Positions 1 to 9,217 of a stretch of 64,000 bases of DNA are shown piece after piece. This DNA is from Dehalococcoidia bacterium (GTDB lineage: Bacteria > Chloroflexota > Dehalococcoidia > E44-bin15), in assembly GCA_035528575.1 (NCBI GenBank), contig DATKYK010000005.1, positions 30,381 to 94,380 on the forward strand, read 5' to 3'. How positions within the stretch are numbered: the stretch's first letter is position 1; each line of letters starts with the position of its first letter. A model generated the notes under the pieces. The model was given only the letters and a program-made list of their open reading frames with translations, was not told where the DNA came from and made no database searches. The position numbers and the translations under genes are program-made.

Positions 1-569
1 TGTTCCACGTATACCACGCCCAAAGTGCGCAGCATCTTTATGAGCAGGTAGCACTCTTCGTTGTCCAGCGCCGCACCGCCCAATGAGGCGATGCCCTCGG
101 TCCGGTTTACCGTGTAGCCCTGATCATCGGTTGCCTTCCAGTTATCCGGGGCATCGCGGGTATCCTTAATCCTTCGCGCGATCTGGCCGATAGTCCAATC
201 CCAGCTCTTCTCCTCCCAACCACTTGCGCCGGGGGCTCGGTACATAGGCTTGGTCAGCCGCCTCTCGTTCAGCTTCCCATCCACCGTCCTCAGCTGGGCC
301 AGGGATGCGCCCTTGGCGCAGGCAGCACCAAGATTGATGGGATGATCGGGATCGCCCTCAATGTTTACGATATTGCCATTATCTGCCTCAATGATAAAGC
401 CGCATCCCGAAGCGTCATAGGGACAAATGGTGGTTATCTCACCGATCTTTTTGTGCAGCGGAATGGGTGAATAACCTAAAACCTTTTTCCAGCCCGCTCC
501 CTTAAACAGAAGAAAGCCAGCAGTGCTGGCACCAGATAGCTTGAGAAAACCCCTTCGAGTTAGCTCCAT
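1..569 (-). CDS. Formate-dehydrogenase-family molybdopterin oxidoreductase catalytic subunit, N-terminal 189 aa only. The C-terminus lies beyond the window start.
   Basis: Reverse translation begins MELTRRGFLKLSGASTAG (twin-arginine Tat signal). It continues ...NIEGDPDHPINLGAACAKGASL...ECYLLIKMLRTLGVVYVEH, which aligns with the FdnG/FdhA N-terminus up to just before the catalytic Sec/Cys position. GGAGGTG RBS upstream of the ATG (complement of 567-569). Not in the ORF track because it runs off the edge. Confidence 0.7.
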   Translation of the reverse strand, partial: MELTRRGFLKLSGASTAGFLLFKGAGWKKVLGYSPIPLHKKIGEITTICPYDASGCGFIIEADNGNIVNIEGDPDHPINLGAACAKGASLAQLRTVDGKLNERRLTKPMYRAPGASGWEEKSWDWTIGQIARRIKDTRDAPDNWKATDDQGYTVNRTEGIASLGGAALDNEECYLLIKMLRTLGVVYVE

Positions 570-864
570 ACGTCACCTCCGAAATTTTTTAACCAAATTT
601 CTATTGCGCTGACTATACTCCACTTTTATGGAAAATACAACGTATCCTTTTATACTCCCGATCCTTGCACCTAGCGCATTAAATCTACATCTCACACTAT
701 GAGGACTTATACCCAAAAGCTAGAAAGGCTGATAACAATACTCGGTTTCAATATATATGAAAGGAACTAGTGCTACTGTAATACGTTAATCTTTACTCAG
801 ATAAAAATATATTATACCATATGCTGTCAATGCTACCATAAAAAGACATCACAGGCAATTCCTA

Positions 865-1164
865 TCATCTATTCAGTTCTCTAGCCCCACCTATCTCTCC
901 CAGACCAAGCCTCTGAGCCAGCAAGATTATACCCTCTTTGGTGCAGAATTGTTTCTCATCGGGGTCGGTAAAAATCCCTCCGTGATCCATTTCGATGATT
1001 TTAAGATGAGCCCTAACAGTTCTTTGGTCCATACCGAGTTCGACTGCCAGTCTGGAGATGGAGAAGCAACCGCCATCTCCATCTGCAGACATCTCCATTA
1101 GTTTATTAACGATTTTCTCGTGCTTTGTCGTATAATCCCGATAAACTTTACTACTCATGCCCAT
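865..1164 (-). CDS. Small winged-helix DNA-binding protein (hypothetical regulator)
   Basis: 99-aa ORF with an HTH-like segment ISRLAVELGMDQRTVRAHLKIIE. Lies between the fdh-like gene and the ars operon. No confident family assignment. Confidence 0.35.
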   Translation of the reverse strand: MGMSSKVYRDYTTKHEKIVNKLMEMSADGDGGCFSISRLAVELGMDQRTVRAHLKIIEMDHGGIFTDPDEKQFCTKEGIILLAQRLGLGEIGGARELNR

Positions 1165-1589
1165 CCTTCCTAGTTAATTACAATGTAATAGTTTGTTAAT
1201 TTTTACCAATTCTAGTATATCAGCAGGGATTTGTCAATCCATTTAACTAAGGCTTTGGCAACCTTTCCATAGTATGCCTTATCATCGCTCTTTCACCGGC
1301 AAGATCTTCTGGCAATACCGACCCAACACCCTTAGACAATTCAAAATGGCATGGCTCGGGCCTCCTTCGAATTGTCTCAGCAGCGCTCATGGGGACCATT
1401 TTACTTCCTGGTTCCCGATAAACCCCACCACATTCAGCCCATCGAGCTCTTATTTAATAGCATCCATCTCAACACTCCTTAATGGTTTCACGGTTGTGGT
1501 ACACCCCCCCGCTACGGTACTGCTCTCACTTGATTTTATCTGCGAATCCTTTATAGCATTATACTTTACACAGTATTACCTCCAAGAGG

Positions 1590-2735
1590 CTACCTTTCGT
1601 GGTTCCATGGATCGGGCATGGCTGTTTGTTGTAATTCTTGGCGGAAAAACCTCCGTTGGAAGTATAAAGCAACGCTTACAAGGCTGATGAGCACCGGCAC
1701 TTCCACCAGTGGCCCAATAACCGCGGCGAAGGCCTGCCCCGAGCCGATGCCAAACACCGCTACAGCTACGGCTATAGAAAGCTCAAAATTGTTGCTGGCA
1801 GCGGTAAACGCAATGGCGGTGGTCTTGGAGTAGTCTGCTCCAATTTTCTTTCCCATATAGAATGAGATCAAGAACATGAGCACGAAGTATATTAGAAGCG
1901 GTATGGCTATGCGGATGACGTCCAGGGGGAGTTCCACTATAATCTCCCCTTTGAGGGAGAACATCACCACTATAGTGAAGAGAAGGGCAATGAGCGTAAT
2001 AGGGCTTATTTTGGGTATGAACTTGCTCTCATACCATTCCCGTCCTTTGACTCTGATGAGTACGAAGCGTGTCAGCATGCCCCCGAAGAAGGGGATTCCC
2101 AGATATATGAAGACGCTCTGTGCGATCTGGGCCATCGTTACGTCCACTGCCGAACCTTCGAGCCCGAAATATCTCGGTAGCACCGTTATAAATACGTAAG
2201 CATAAACAGAGTAGAAGAGTATCTGAAAGATAGTATTCAAGGCTACCAGCCCGGCGGCGTATTCGCTGTCCCCTTTTGCTAGCTCGTTCCAAACAATCAC
2301 CATGGCGATGCAGCGGGCAAGACCTATCATAATCAGGCCGACCATGTAGTCCGGATAGGGCCACAGGAAACCCAGGAACCCAATGGCAAGCAAGAACATG
2401 AGCACCGGCCCGATAACCCAGTTCTGGACCAGGGAAAGCCCCAATACACGCCAGTTGCGGAATACCTTGCCCAGTTCTTCGTACCTGACCTTGGCCAGTG
2501 GCGGATACATCATCAGGATGAGCCCGACAGCTATCGGAATCGATGTCGTACCCACGCTAAGGCGGTCGAGGAAATCGGCCATCCCGGGGACCAAGTAGCC
2601 CAGCCCCACGCCGAATCCCATAGCCAGGAATATCCAGAGCGTGAGGAAACGATTTAGTATTGACAGCCGACGGATAACACTTCCCGATTCCGTGTTACTC
2701 AACGCAATCCCCACAAGCAGTGCATGTGCTTTCAT
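1590..2735 (-). CDS. acr3: Arsenite efflux transporter, ACR3 family
   Basis: 381 aa, polytopic. N-terminal [24 protein letters not shown] matches the ACR3 signature. Last gene of the ArsR-led minus-strand operon. Confidence 0.85.
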   Translation of the reverse strand: MKAHALLVGIALSNTESGSVIRRLSILNRFLTLWIFLAMGFGVGLGYLVPGMADFLDRLSVGTTSIPIAVGLILMMYPPLAKVRYEELGKVFRNWRVLGLSLVQNWVIGPVLMFLLAIGFLGFLWPYPDYMVGLIMIGLARCIAMVIVWNELAKGDSEYAAGLVALNTIFQILFYSVYAYVFITVLPRYFGLEGSAVDVTMAQIAQSVFIYLGIPFFGGMLTRFVLIRVKGREWYESKFIPKISPITLIALLFTIVVMFSLKGEIIVELPLDVIRIAIPLLIYFVLMFLISFYMGKKIGADYSKTTAIAFTAASNNFELSIAVAVAVFGIGSGQAFAAVIGPLVEVPVLISLVSVALYFQRRFFRQELQQTAMPDPWNHER

Positions 2736-2747
2736 CGACCTTTGCTA

Positions 2748-2963
2748 TCATAACGACCGTCCCTTGAACCTCTCCACCGGGCTCTCGCCACCGGTGTCCA
2801 AGTGAGACCTGAGCCTCCCTTTTTGAGACCGTAGGACCTTGTCAAAGACCACTTTTTTCAAGAACTTGAGGGCCTCTTTTTCATCGCGGTCGATGATAAT
2901 CCTCTGAAGCTCAACCAGCTCTTCCTCCTCAATGGCGACCGCTGTCTTCCTGCTTTCAAGCAT
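2748..2963 (-). CDS. Hypothetical small protein (71 aa) inside the ars-like operon
   Basis: ORF tightly packed between ccdA and acr3. No recognisable motif. Confidence 0.25.
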   Translation of the reverse strand: MLESRKTAVAIEEEELVELQRIIIDRDEKEALKFLKKVVFDKVLRSQKGRLRSHLDTGGESPVERFKGRSL

Positions 2964-2973
2964 AACGTGTCTC

Positions 2974-3690
2974 CTAACTTTGAATCCACAAAACTATGTA
3001 GTATATACCCACGCCGATAAAAATCAGCGCTGCAATCCTCCGCATCACTCTCTCTGCTGCAGTGATCTTGTTCAACCACTGAGAAACCTTAGCTACCCCG
3101 AAGGATAAGAGAACTGCAAAGAGCAGCACAGGAAGGCCTGTGCCTATTGCAAACACAGCGGGAAACGTGATGCCCCCTGTTGATTTAATCGACAGGGGTA
3201 TCAAAACACCGAAAAATAGGATCGCGGTATAGGGGCAAAACGCCAGGGCGAAGACAACGCCCATGAGGAACGCCCCAACTCTCCCCCTTTTGGCGACCCT
3301 TTCTGCTATAGATGAGAGCCTTCCACTGCCCTGAACGAATGGAATCTTGATAATACCCAGCATGAGAATCCCCACGATGATTAGAAGTGGCCCGAGGAAT
3401 TGCTCGCCCGAATCCTGAAGTGCTTTGGAAATGCCAGGGATACCTAGACCTGCAAGTATAACCAGGGCGCCAATTGCAGAATATGAGACCATGCGTCCCA
3501 GGGTATAGAGGATACCGGAAGTAGCCACATACCTGCGATCCGTGATATTACGGCTAATGTATGCCATCGCAGTAATATTGGTGGCTAGTGGACATGGGCT
3601 GATAGCAGCCAGCAACCCTATTAGGAAAGCGGCGATGAAGGGTAAACCACCGCTTTCAATAAAATGGAGGGCGAATCCACTAAAATCCAT
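2974..3690 (-). CDS. ccdA: Cytochrome c-type biogenesis / thiol:disulfide transmembrane electron carrier CcdA (DsbD core)
   Basis: 238 aa, about 6 TM helices. Two conserved membrane Cys are present (AISPCPLATN and LAFCPYTA), as is typical of the CcdA/DsbD_2 family. Confidence 0.75.
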   Translation of the reverse strand: MDFSGFALHFIESGGLPFIAAFLIGLLAAISPCPLATNITAMAYISRNITDRRYVATSGILYTLGRMVSYSAIGALVILAGLGIPGISKALQDSGEQFLGPLLIIVGILMLGIIKIPFVQGSGRLSSIAERVAKRGRVGAFLMGVVFALAFCPYTAILFFGVLIPLSIKSTGGITFPAVFAIGTGLPVLLFAVLLSFGVAKVSQWLNKITAAERVMRRIAALIFIGVGIYYIVLWIQS

Positions 3691-3696
3691 AAGCTA

Positions 3697-4149
3697 CTAC
3701 TCCAAACGCTCTGCTATCTCACTCTTTACCAGGTCAACAAACTCCTGGTCATTACCGATCAGAAACCAAATGCCGGTCACTGGTTCAATGTTATCAACGC
3801 CGTTTACCACCTTATTCATGTATAGAGATGACGTATAGGCCCCGTATTTGTCAACTATTGCAGCGTTGGCATCATCCTGAACATCGATCAGCATAAATAC
3901 CAGCTCACCATCTGCCAGCTCATCCGCAAAATACGTATTTATTGTATATTCCACGCCATCACCCGCGTAGGTACAACTATAGCAGCGATTGGTACGGTGG
4001 AAGTACACCACCTCTACCCCGTTATCCATGCTGGGCTTTAGAGGAGAGTCCGGGTTTGGCACAGATGAACTGCATGCGCAAAAAACGCCTCCAGCCAGGA
4101 TTACAATCATTATCAATGTGCAGGACATCGCTTTGGTAAATAAATTCAT
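3697..4149 (-). CDS. Lipoprotein with CxxC thioredoxin-like redox motif, a likely periplasmic partner of CcdA
   Basis: Lipobox LAGGVFCAC after an N-terminal signal. Motif VVYFHRTNRCYSCTYAG (CxxC) in a thioredoxin-fold-like context. 1-nt spacing to ccdA. Confidence 0.5.
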   Translation of the reverse strand: MNLFTKAMSCTLIMIVILAGGVFCACSSSVPNPDSPLKPSMDNGVEVVYFHRTNRCYSCTYAGDGVEYTINTYFADELADGELVFMLIDVQDDANAAIVDKYGAYTSSLYMNKVVNGVDNIEPVTGIWFLIGNDQEFVDLVKSEIAERLE

Positions 4150-4228
4150 GTTTCCTCCCTGTTTTCACCTTGATACACTTTTCACCGAGGTCTTACTCTT
4201 GTGAGCACAACGTGCCACATTTGCAACC

Positions 4229-4975
4229 TCAGCACTCGTTCTGTAGACAAACATCCCCCTCGGGGTCGCTGTTAACCCACCACTCACAATCACTATCGTT
4301 GGATGGGGTACCTGCCATGAAGTTGGGAACTAGCTTTGTCCATACTATGTCTCCCGGCTGGCCGTCAGCGGTGGGCCACTTCCCATGCTCATCGTGGTAA
4401 AGAGTAAGAGCTTCCTGAATGGCATCCCTAGCTTCCTCGCAGGACATGGCAATTGTTGTTGGTAATATTTCTACGAGTTGGATTTCAAAAGTCAGGTCTT
4501 CCCCTGCCAGCTGATGGGTGTTCACCATTGTCACTCTCGAACCGGATATATCGATCACCTCGGCTACAATTATAAGGTCGTTTTCTACTCCTATTTCGTA
4601 TAGCTCACCGACCTGTGGTGGCTCGTCCGGTGGAAATTGGTCTAGGCTCCCCACCACGTCAAGCGGGCCGTATGCTTCATCCGCCGGGATGTGCACAGTT
4701 ATCGATTCGTCGATGGTCAGCCCGATTACTGCTTGCTCGAAGCTGGGGAGTAACAGCCCATCTCCTATTATGAATTCCAGTGGGTCACCGCCCCGCAATT
4801 CGGAGGAATCAAATACAGTGCCATCATCCAATGTGCCTGTGTAGAAAACCTTAACGGTATCACCCTCCTTTGCAGTTACTTCCTCCGTAGAACAAGCTGA
4901 CATAAATATTGAGCCAATCAGTAGGGCCATTAGCATGAAAACCGATGCAAATCTTGTCATTTTTCCTCCCTTCAT
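4229..4975 (-). CDS. FKBP-type peptidyl-prolyl cis-trans isomerase lipoprotein with Cys-rich C-terminal tail
   Basis: Signal plus lipobox (FMSAC). FKBP core GDTVKVFYTGTLDDGTVFDSS...PLEFIIGDG...IPADEAYG. C-terminal tail SNDSDCEWWVNSDPEGDVCLQNEC, a SlyD-like metal-binding tail made with Cys. Confidence 0.7.
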   Translation of the reverse strand: MKGGKMTRFASVFMLMALLIGSIFMSACSTEEVTAKEGDTVKVFYTGTLDDGTVFDSSELRGGDPLEFIIGDGLLLPSFEQAVIGLTIDESITVHIPADEAYGPLDVVGSLDQFPPDEPPQVGELYEIGVENDLIIVAEVIDISGSRVTMVNTHQLAGEDLTFEIQLVEILPTTIAMSCEEARDAIQEALTLYHDEHGKWPTADGQPGDIVWTKLVPNFMAGTPSNDSDCEWWVNSDPEGDVCLQNEC

Positions 4976-5160
4976 ATTTAAGGTATTATATCCTATAACG
5001 GAACCACCGCAGATTTCGCTTGGGCCACAACAGCCGCCGGAGCAAGGTTGAATAACAACTTCCTCAGCTCCACAGGTGCATTCATCAGAGGAATTGACTG
5101 GCTCTATTTAAGTAGCCAAGGGTACACCTCAGTTCCTCTCTTATCGCGGTAAACAGCTCT

Positions 5161-5424
5161 CTACTTCTCTGCCTTTTGTTCTTTGTCCATAGCGTTAATG
5201 ATGAACTGGGTGATTTCAGCCTTGTTCGGCACCCGCCCGGAACAGACCGGCTCTTCGTTAAGCACCAGTCCCGGAGTGGTCAAGATGGGATACTCCAGTA
5301 TCTTATTGATGTCCTTGACCTCTTCGATGCTGGCATCTATCCCCAGTTCCTTTACAACCTCTCTTGTCGTCTTCTCCAGTTGGCTACACTTGGCACATCC
5401 CGGCCCGAGAATCTTGATTTGCAT
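5161..5424 (-). CDS. Thioredoxin-family small redox-active disulfide protein (redox-active disulfide protein 2 type)
   Basis: 87 aa. N-terminal MQIKILGPGCAKC, the characteristic CxxC of this small Trx-like family, which usually accompanies DUF318/ArsP permeases under ArsR control. Confidence 0.7.
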   Translation of the reverse strand: MQIKILGPGCAKCSQLEKTTREVVKELGIDASIEEVKDINKILEYPILTTPGLVLNEEPVCSGRVPNKAEITQFIINAMDKEQKAEK

Positions 5425-5439
5425 TTTTCTACCTCCTCT

Positions 5440-6483
5440 CTAATTTAATTGGGTTACCAGCCCGAATATGTACCCTGTTATGGTTGCCATCACCACCACC
5501 AATGCTATGTATACCAGCGTTTTTTTAATTCCCATAATTTTCCGTATCACCAGCATATTGGGCAGCGATACCGCAGGCCCTGCTAGTAACAGCGCCAGTG
5601 CTGGTCCCTTGCCCATGTCAAGGTCCAAAAAGGCCCTTACGATAGGTACCTCGGTAAGGGTGGCAAAGTACATCAGTGCGCCCGAGACAGAGGCAATTAG
5701 ATTGGCAAGAAGGCTGTTGCCTCCCACCAAGCTTGACACTATCGACTGCGGGACAGCAACTGTAATGATTCCAGCAATGAATACGCCGCCCAGGAGCCAC
5801 GGCACTATAAGCCTGACGAAGCGAAACGTCTCTTTCATCCACTGCACCAGTTCACCCCTCGCAAACCAGCGCCACAGGATGACGGCAAGAACGGCCATAG
5901 CGACACCGGTTGCAATCCAGTTCTTGGAGGCTGCAAAGACCAGGATGGCAACCAGAGTGCCGAGGAATATAATTTGCTGCCACGGCCTTTTGTCATCTGG
6001 ATTGGCGACCAGCATGTCAAAGGCCTTTGTATCCTTTGTCGTTTCCTCTTTCCGGTAGATAAAGGCCATTATGAGACCAATGCAAACGGCGAACACGATG
6101 GCACCGATGGCGCGTCCGATGCCTAAGTCGTAGCCTAAAAGCCGCGCTGTATAGACGATAGCGAGCACGTTGATTGCCGGCGCAGCATATAAAAAAGTAA
6201 TTGCCGGACCGAGGCCAGCGCCCCGCTTATATATGCTGCCGAACAGTGGAAGCACCGTGCAGGAGCAAACAGCCAGTATTGCGCCTGATACTGAGGCTAC
6301 GCTATAGGAAAGCCACCTATTAGCTCGCGGCCCAAAATATTTGAGAATCGCTGCCTGAGAAAGGAAAACCGATATAGCCCCGGCTATAAAGAAAGCGGGC
6401 ACAAGGCACGTTAGGACATGCGCCGATAAGTATTCGCGCAGGGCATCAACCCCACCTTGCAAGAGATCAATAAAAAATTCCAT
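5440..6483 (-). CDS. DUF318/YraQ-family permease, ArsP-like (organoarsenical/metalloid efflux permease)
   Basis: 347 aa, two 4-TM halves. Motif LAVCSCTVLPLF resembles the ArsP TPFcSCS signature. Located directly downstream of arsR. Confidence 0.7.
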   Translation of the reverse strand: MEFFIDLLQGGVDALREYLSAHVLTCLVPAFFIAGAISVFLSQAAILKYFGPRANRWLSYSVASVSGAILAVCSCTVLPLFGSIYKRGAGLGPAITFLYAAPAINVLAIVYTARLLGYDLGIGRAIGAIVFAVCIGLIMAFIYRKEETTKDTKAFDMLVANPDDKRPWQQIIFLGTLVAILVFAASKNWIATGVAMAVLAVILWRWFARGELVQWMKETFRFVRLIVPWLLGGVFIAGIITVAVPQSIVSSLVGGNSLLANLIASVSGALMYFATLTEVPIVRAFLDLDMGKGPALALLLAGPAVSLPNMLVIRKIMGIKKTLVYIALVVVMATITGYIFGLVTQLN

Positions 6484-6557
6484 ACAATGAACCTATTTCC
6501 TTAAATGCGCATTCTTGCATATGTTTTGTATAAAAAAGAGAGCCGTTATCCCACCTC

Positions 6558-6920
6558 TTATCCAACTGGCCTAACACAACCGGGACCGACACGCTCAGCC
6601 TTATTGAGGCGCTCCCTGTCTCGGGCTACCATTTCGTTGGCATCTAGCGCTTTCTCTACAGCTTGAAGAATATCTGAGAAATATTCTCCCGTCGTATCAC
6701 GGTCTATTGAATACAATGACCACAGGCCATCCTTCCTCAGCTTCAGAAAGCCAGCATCATATAAAGCACTCAGGTTGCGTGAAGCCCTTGTCTGGGAGAT
6801 CTCCAGCGCCTGCATCACCTCGCAGACACAGCACTCCCTTTCCAGGAGCAGGTTCAGGATCCTGAGCCTGGTCTCATCGGAAAGGGCTTTGAAAGCTTTG
6901 GTCAAATCTCGCATGGTCAA
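6558..6920 (-). CDS. arsR: ArsR/SmtB-family metalloregulatory repressor
   Basis: 120 aa. HTH LSDETRLRILNLLLERECCVCEVMQALEISQTRASRNL carries the ECCVCE metal-binding motif of ArsR. An extra C-terminal GPGCVRPVG Cys pair. First gene of the operon. Confidence 0.8.
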   Translation of the reverse strand: MTMRDLTKAFKALSDETRLRILNLLLERECCVCEVMQALEISQTRASRNLSALYDAGFLKLRKDGLWSLYSIDRDTTGEYFSDILQAVEKALDANEMVARDRERLNKAERVGPGCVRPVG

Positions 6921-6963
6921 ACCTCTGTTTAGTTAAACGTTATATGCGCATCTACGCCTATAT

Positions 6964-6991
6964 TTTATATCCACTATACATCTACTGTCAA
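6964..6991 (-). promoter_or_regulatory. Sigma70-like promoter for the arsR operon (-35 TTGACA, 16-nt spacer, -10 TATAAA). The 8-bp palindrome ATGCGCAT downstream is a candidate ArsR operator.
   Basis: Reading the minus strand upstream of the arsR ATG: TTGACAgtagatgtatagtggaTATAAAat...agATGCGCATataacgtt...AGAGGtttgaccATG. Confidence 0.45.
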
Positions 6992-7619
6992 CTCTAGCCG
7001 AGCCCTATAATCCTTCAGCACACCAGCCCGTGACACTATGATCAGAAGTTATGGAACCAGCGTTTGGTTTCTACAGAAGGCCAAGCTGATTTGGGGAATA
7101 TGGTGGACCCGTGATGCCCGGCTAACATCGAGCCTCTTTCTCCGGCCAAACTATATCGCCTATTTGCTGGTACGCAACTATGCTACCGAGGAATCTAGGG
7201 TTGCAGGATTTGCTGCGGTGCTGAGGATCGTTGGATTTATCAATGTACCCATAGTCCTTCCAGCATTCAATCTGTGACGAACACAACATACAGCCACACT
7301 GATTTTCGAAAGGGGACTTACATCTTCTATGCTCCTAACTTCACCGGTCAGCATTGCTGCCTTCACCACTTTGTACATTGCCTTGATTCTTCAGAATATT
7401 TCACTAAAGGGGCCGGGAATCGAGATCAAGCAGGTAAAACATATTAAGAATGAACAAGGGGAGGAGTGAATATGAAAAACCTGAGCTATCTCTTCAGAGC
7501 ACATATACCATCATCTGGGCTGTTATCTTTGGGTACATGCATCTAATGCGGCGAAAGCAAAGAAGGTTATATAGAGAGATTAAATCGCTCAAAGAGCGCC
7601 TGAGCAAGCAAGATTCGAA

Positions 7620-8981
7620 TTAGCGACTCAAGACATTTCGCAGGCGACCCAGCAGAGCCTCTTCCTCTTCCGGGAGGACGGTACGAGGATCGAGAAGCAG
7701 AAGGTTATTCTCAATCCGTCCGATGACCAGAGGTGACCCCCTGCGCAGCCTGTCAGCCAACTGCTTAACTTTGCCCCTTCCTCCGATAGCCACCAGGCAA
7801 GTGGGCAGGGTGCCACCGGGGAGGCTGCCGCCCCCTACTACGGATTCACCTTCAACTACTGAGGCAGCACCACCGAGTGACTGGCACCATTTCTGGGCTC
7901 GCTCCTCTATCTCCTCCAGGGATGCCGAAATCATCCGCCATACCGGGATTTTTACCTCCGCCTCCCCCTTGAGATAGTGGAGCAGGGTGACTGCCAGCCC
8001 TGCCAACCTTATCTTGTCGATGCGCACCGCGCGGGCCAGGGGGTGCTTTTGCAGCTTGGCCATAAGTTGGCCCTGGCCCACAATGATACCGGCCTGGGGT
8101 CCGCCCAGGAGCTTATCCGCAGAGAACATGGCCAGCCCTACGCCAGCCGCGATGCTCTGCTGCACCGTAGGCTCGGCCTCCAGCCCGAACCTGGCGGTAT
8201 CCAGGAGGCAGCCGCTGCCTAAGTCATCGAGTACTGAAAGCCGGTATCGCTCCCCCAGCTGAGTCAACTCCTCGATAGCCGCTGACTGGGTAAAACCGAC
8301 CAATCTGAAGTTACTGGAGTGGACCCGAAGCAAGGCGACGGTTCGTTGGGTGATCGCCTCTTCATAGTCCGACAAATATGTACAGTTGGTTGTCCCTACC
8401 TCCACCAGCTTGGCCCCGCTCTGGCGCATAACACTTGGGATACGAAAGCCGCCGCCGATCTCCACCGCCTGCCCCCTGGAGACGATCACCTCCTTGCCCC
8501 TAGCCAGGGCACTGAGGGCCAGGAGCACCGCTGAAGCGTTATTGTTTACTACAAGAGCAGCCTCGGCCCCGGTTAGCTGGCACAGCAGGGACTCAATGTG
8601 AACCTGGCGGGAGCCCCGCTTCCCACTATCGAGATCGATCTCCAGATTGGTATAGCCCCTGGCACACTCCTCCATAGCTGCCATAGCCTCCCGGCTTAAC
8701 GGTGCCCTCCCCAGGTTGGTATGCAGGAGAACGCCAGTAGCGTTTATCACCGGGCGCAGGCTGGGCTCTGCCAGAGAAGCGATTCGACTGCAGACCGATC
8801 CAACTATCTCGTCAAAAGTCGGGGCAGTTTGGCCCTCGGCGATATCACGGCGCACCTCTTCAAGGTATTGCCGCACCCCCCGGAGCACGAATTCGTGAGA
8901 GTATTCCTCTTGAAGGCGGTGTATGCGCTCATCAGAGAGCAACTTATCGACACTGGGAAGGCTACGAAGGCTTTGATCCAT
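7620..8981 (-). CDS. selA: L-seryl-tRNA(Sec) selenium transferase (selenocysteine synthase)
   Basis: The sequence MDQSLRSLPSVDKLL... plus a PLP-dependent core matches the SelA family along its full length. The start is placed at the Met preceding SLPSVD (the ORF track extends 17 codons further, to 9032). Confidence 0.85.
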   Translation of the reverse strand: MDQSLRSLPSVDKLLSDERIHRLQEEYSHEFVLRGVRQYLEEVRRDIAEGQTAPTFDEIVGSVCSRIASLAEPSLRPVINATGVLLHTNLGRAPLSREAMAAMEECARGYTNLEIDLDSGKRGSRQVHIESLLCQLTGAEAALVVNNNASAVLLALSALARGKEVIVSRGQAVEIGGGFRIPSVMRQSGAKLVEVGTTNCTYLSDYEEAITQRTVALLRVHSSNFRLVGFTQSAAIEELTQLGERYRLSVLDDLGSGCLLDTARFGLEAEPTVQQSIAAGVGLAMFSADKLLGGPQAGIIVGQGQLMAKLQKHPLARAVRIDKIRLAGLAVTLLHYLKGEAEVKIPVWRMISASLEEIEERAQKWCQSLGGAASVVEGESVVGGGSLPGGTLPTCLVAIGGRGKVKQLADRLRRGSPLVIGRIENNLLLLDPRTVLPEEEEALLGRLRNVLSR

Positions 8982-9060
8982 TGCGAAGGCAATGTAGCAC
9001 ATCCCGCTAAAGCCTGTCAAACGATATTTCACTGAAGTATTGCGTTAAAATTAACCAGAT

Positions 9061-9090
9061 TTGACAATACTCGTTTCTGTACTCTATAAT
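9061..9090 (+). promoter_or_regulatory. Sigma70-like promoter of the yedE-selD-selB operon (TTGACA, 18-nt spacer, TATAAT). It is followed by a ~125-nt leader.
   Basis: ttgacaatactcgtttctgtactctataat lies in the divergent selA/yedE intergenic region. Confidence 0.5.
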
Positions 9091-9217
9091 AATTCATTGA
9101 ATATAGAGAGCTAACTTGGAGAGGGGGTGAGATCGATGGCGAACCGACGCACATGAGCCGTGAAGCGGCTGAGAGCGTGGCTCTTAAAGACGGGTAAGAC
9201 CAAGAGAGAAGGAGGGC

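Noticed and set aside
1274-1687. 137-aa plus-strand ORF downstream of acr3
   Set aside because: It overlaps the acr3 3' end on the opposite strand and has no RBS. The 425-bp region between the HTH gene and acr3 is more likely a non-coding terminator/spacer.
7450-7623. 57-aa ORF (MNKGRSEYEKPELSLQSTYTIIWAVIFGYMHLMRRKQRRLYREIKSLKERLSKQDSN) in the arsR/selA intergenic region, convergent with selA
   Set aside because: The hydrophobic segment is too short for a confident TM helix, the RBS is weak, and no family is recognisable. It cannot be supported without homology or expression data.
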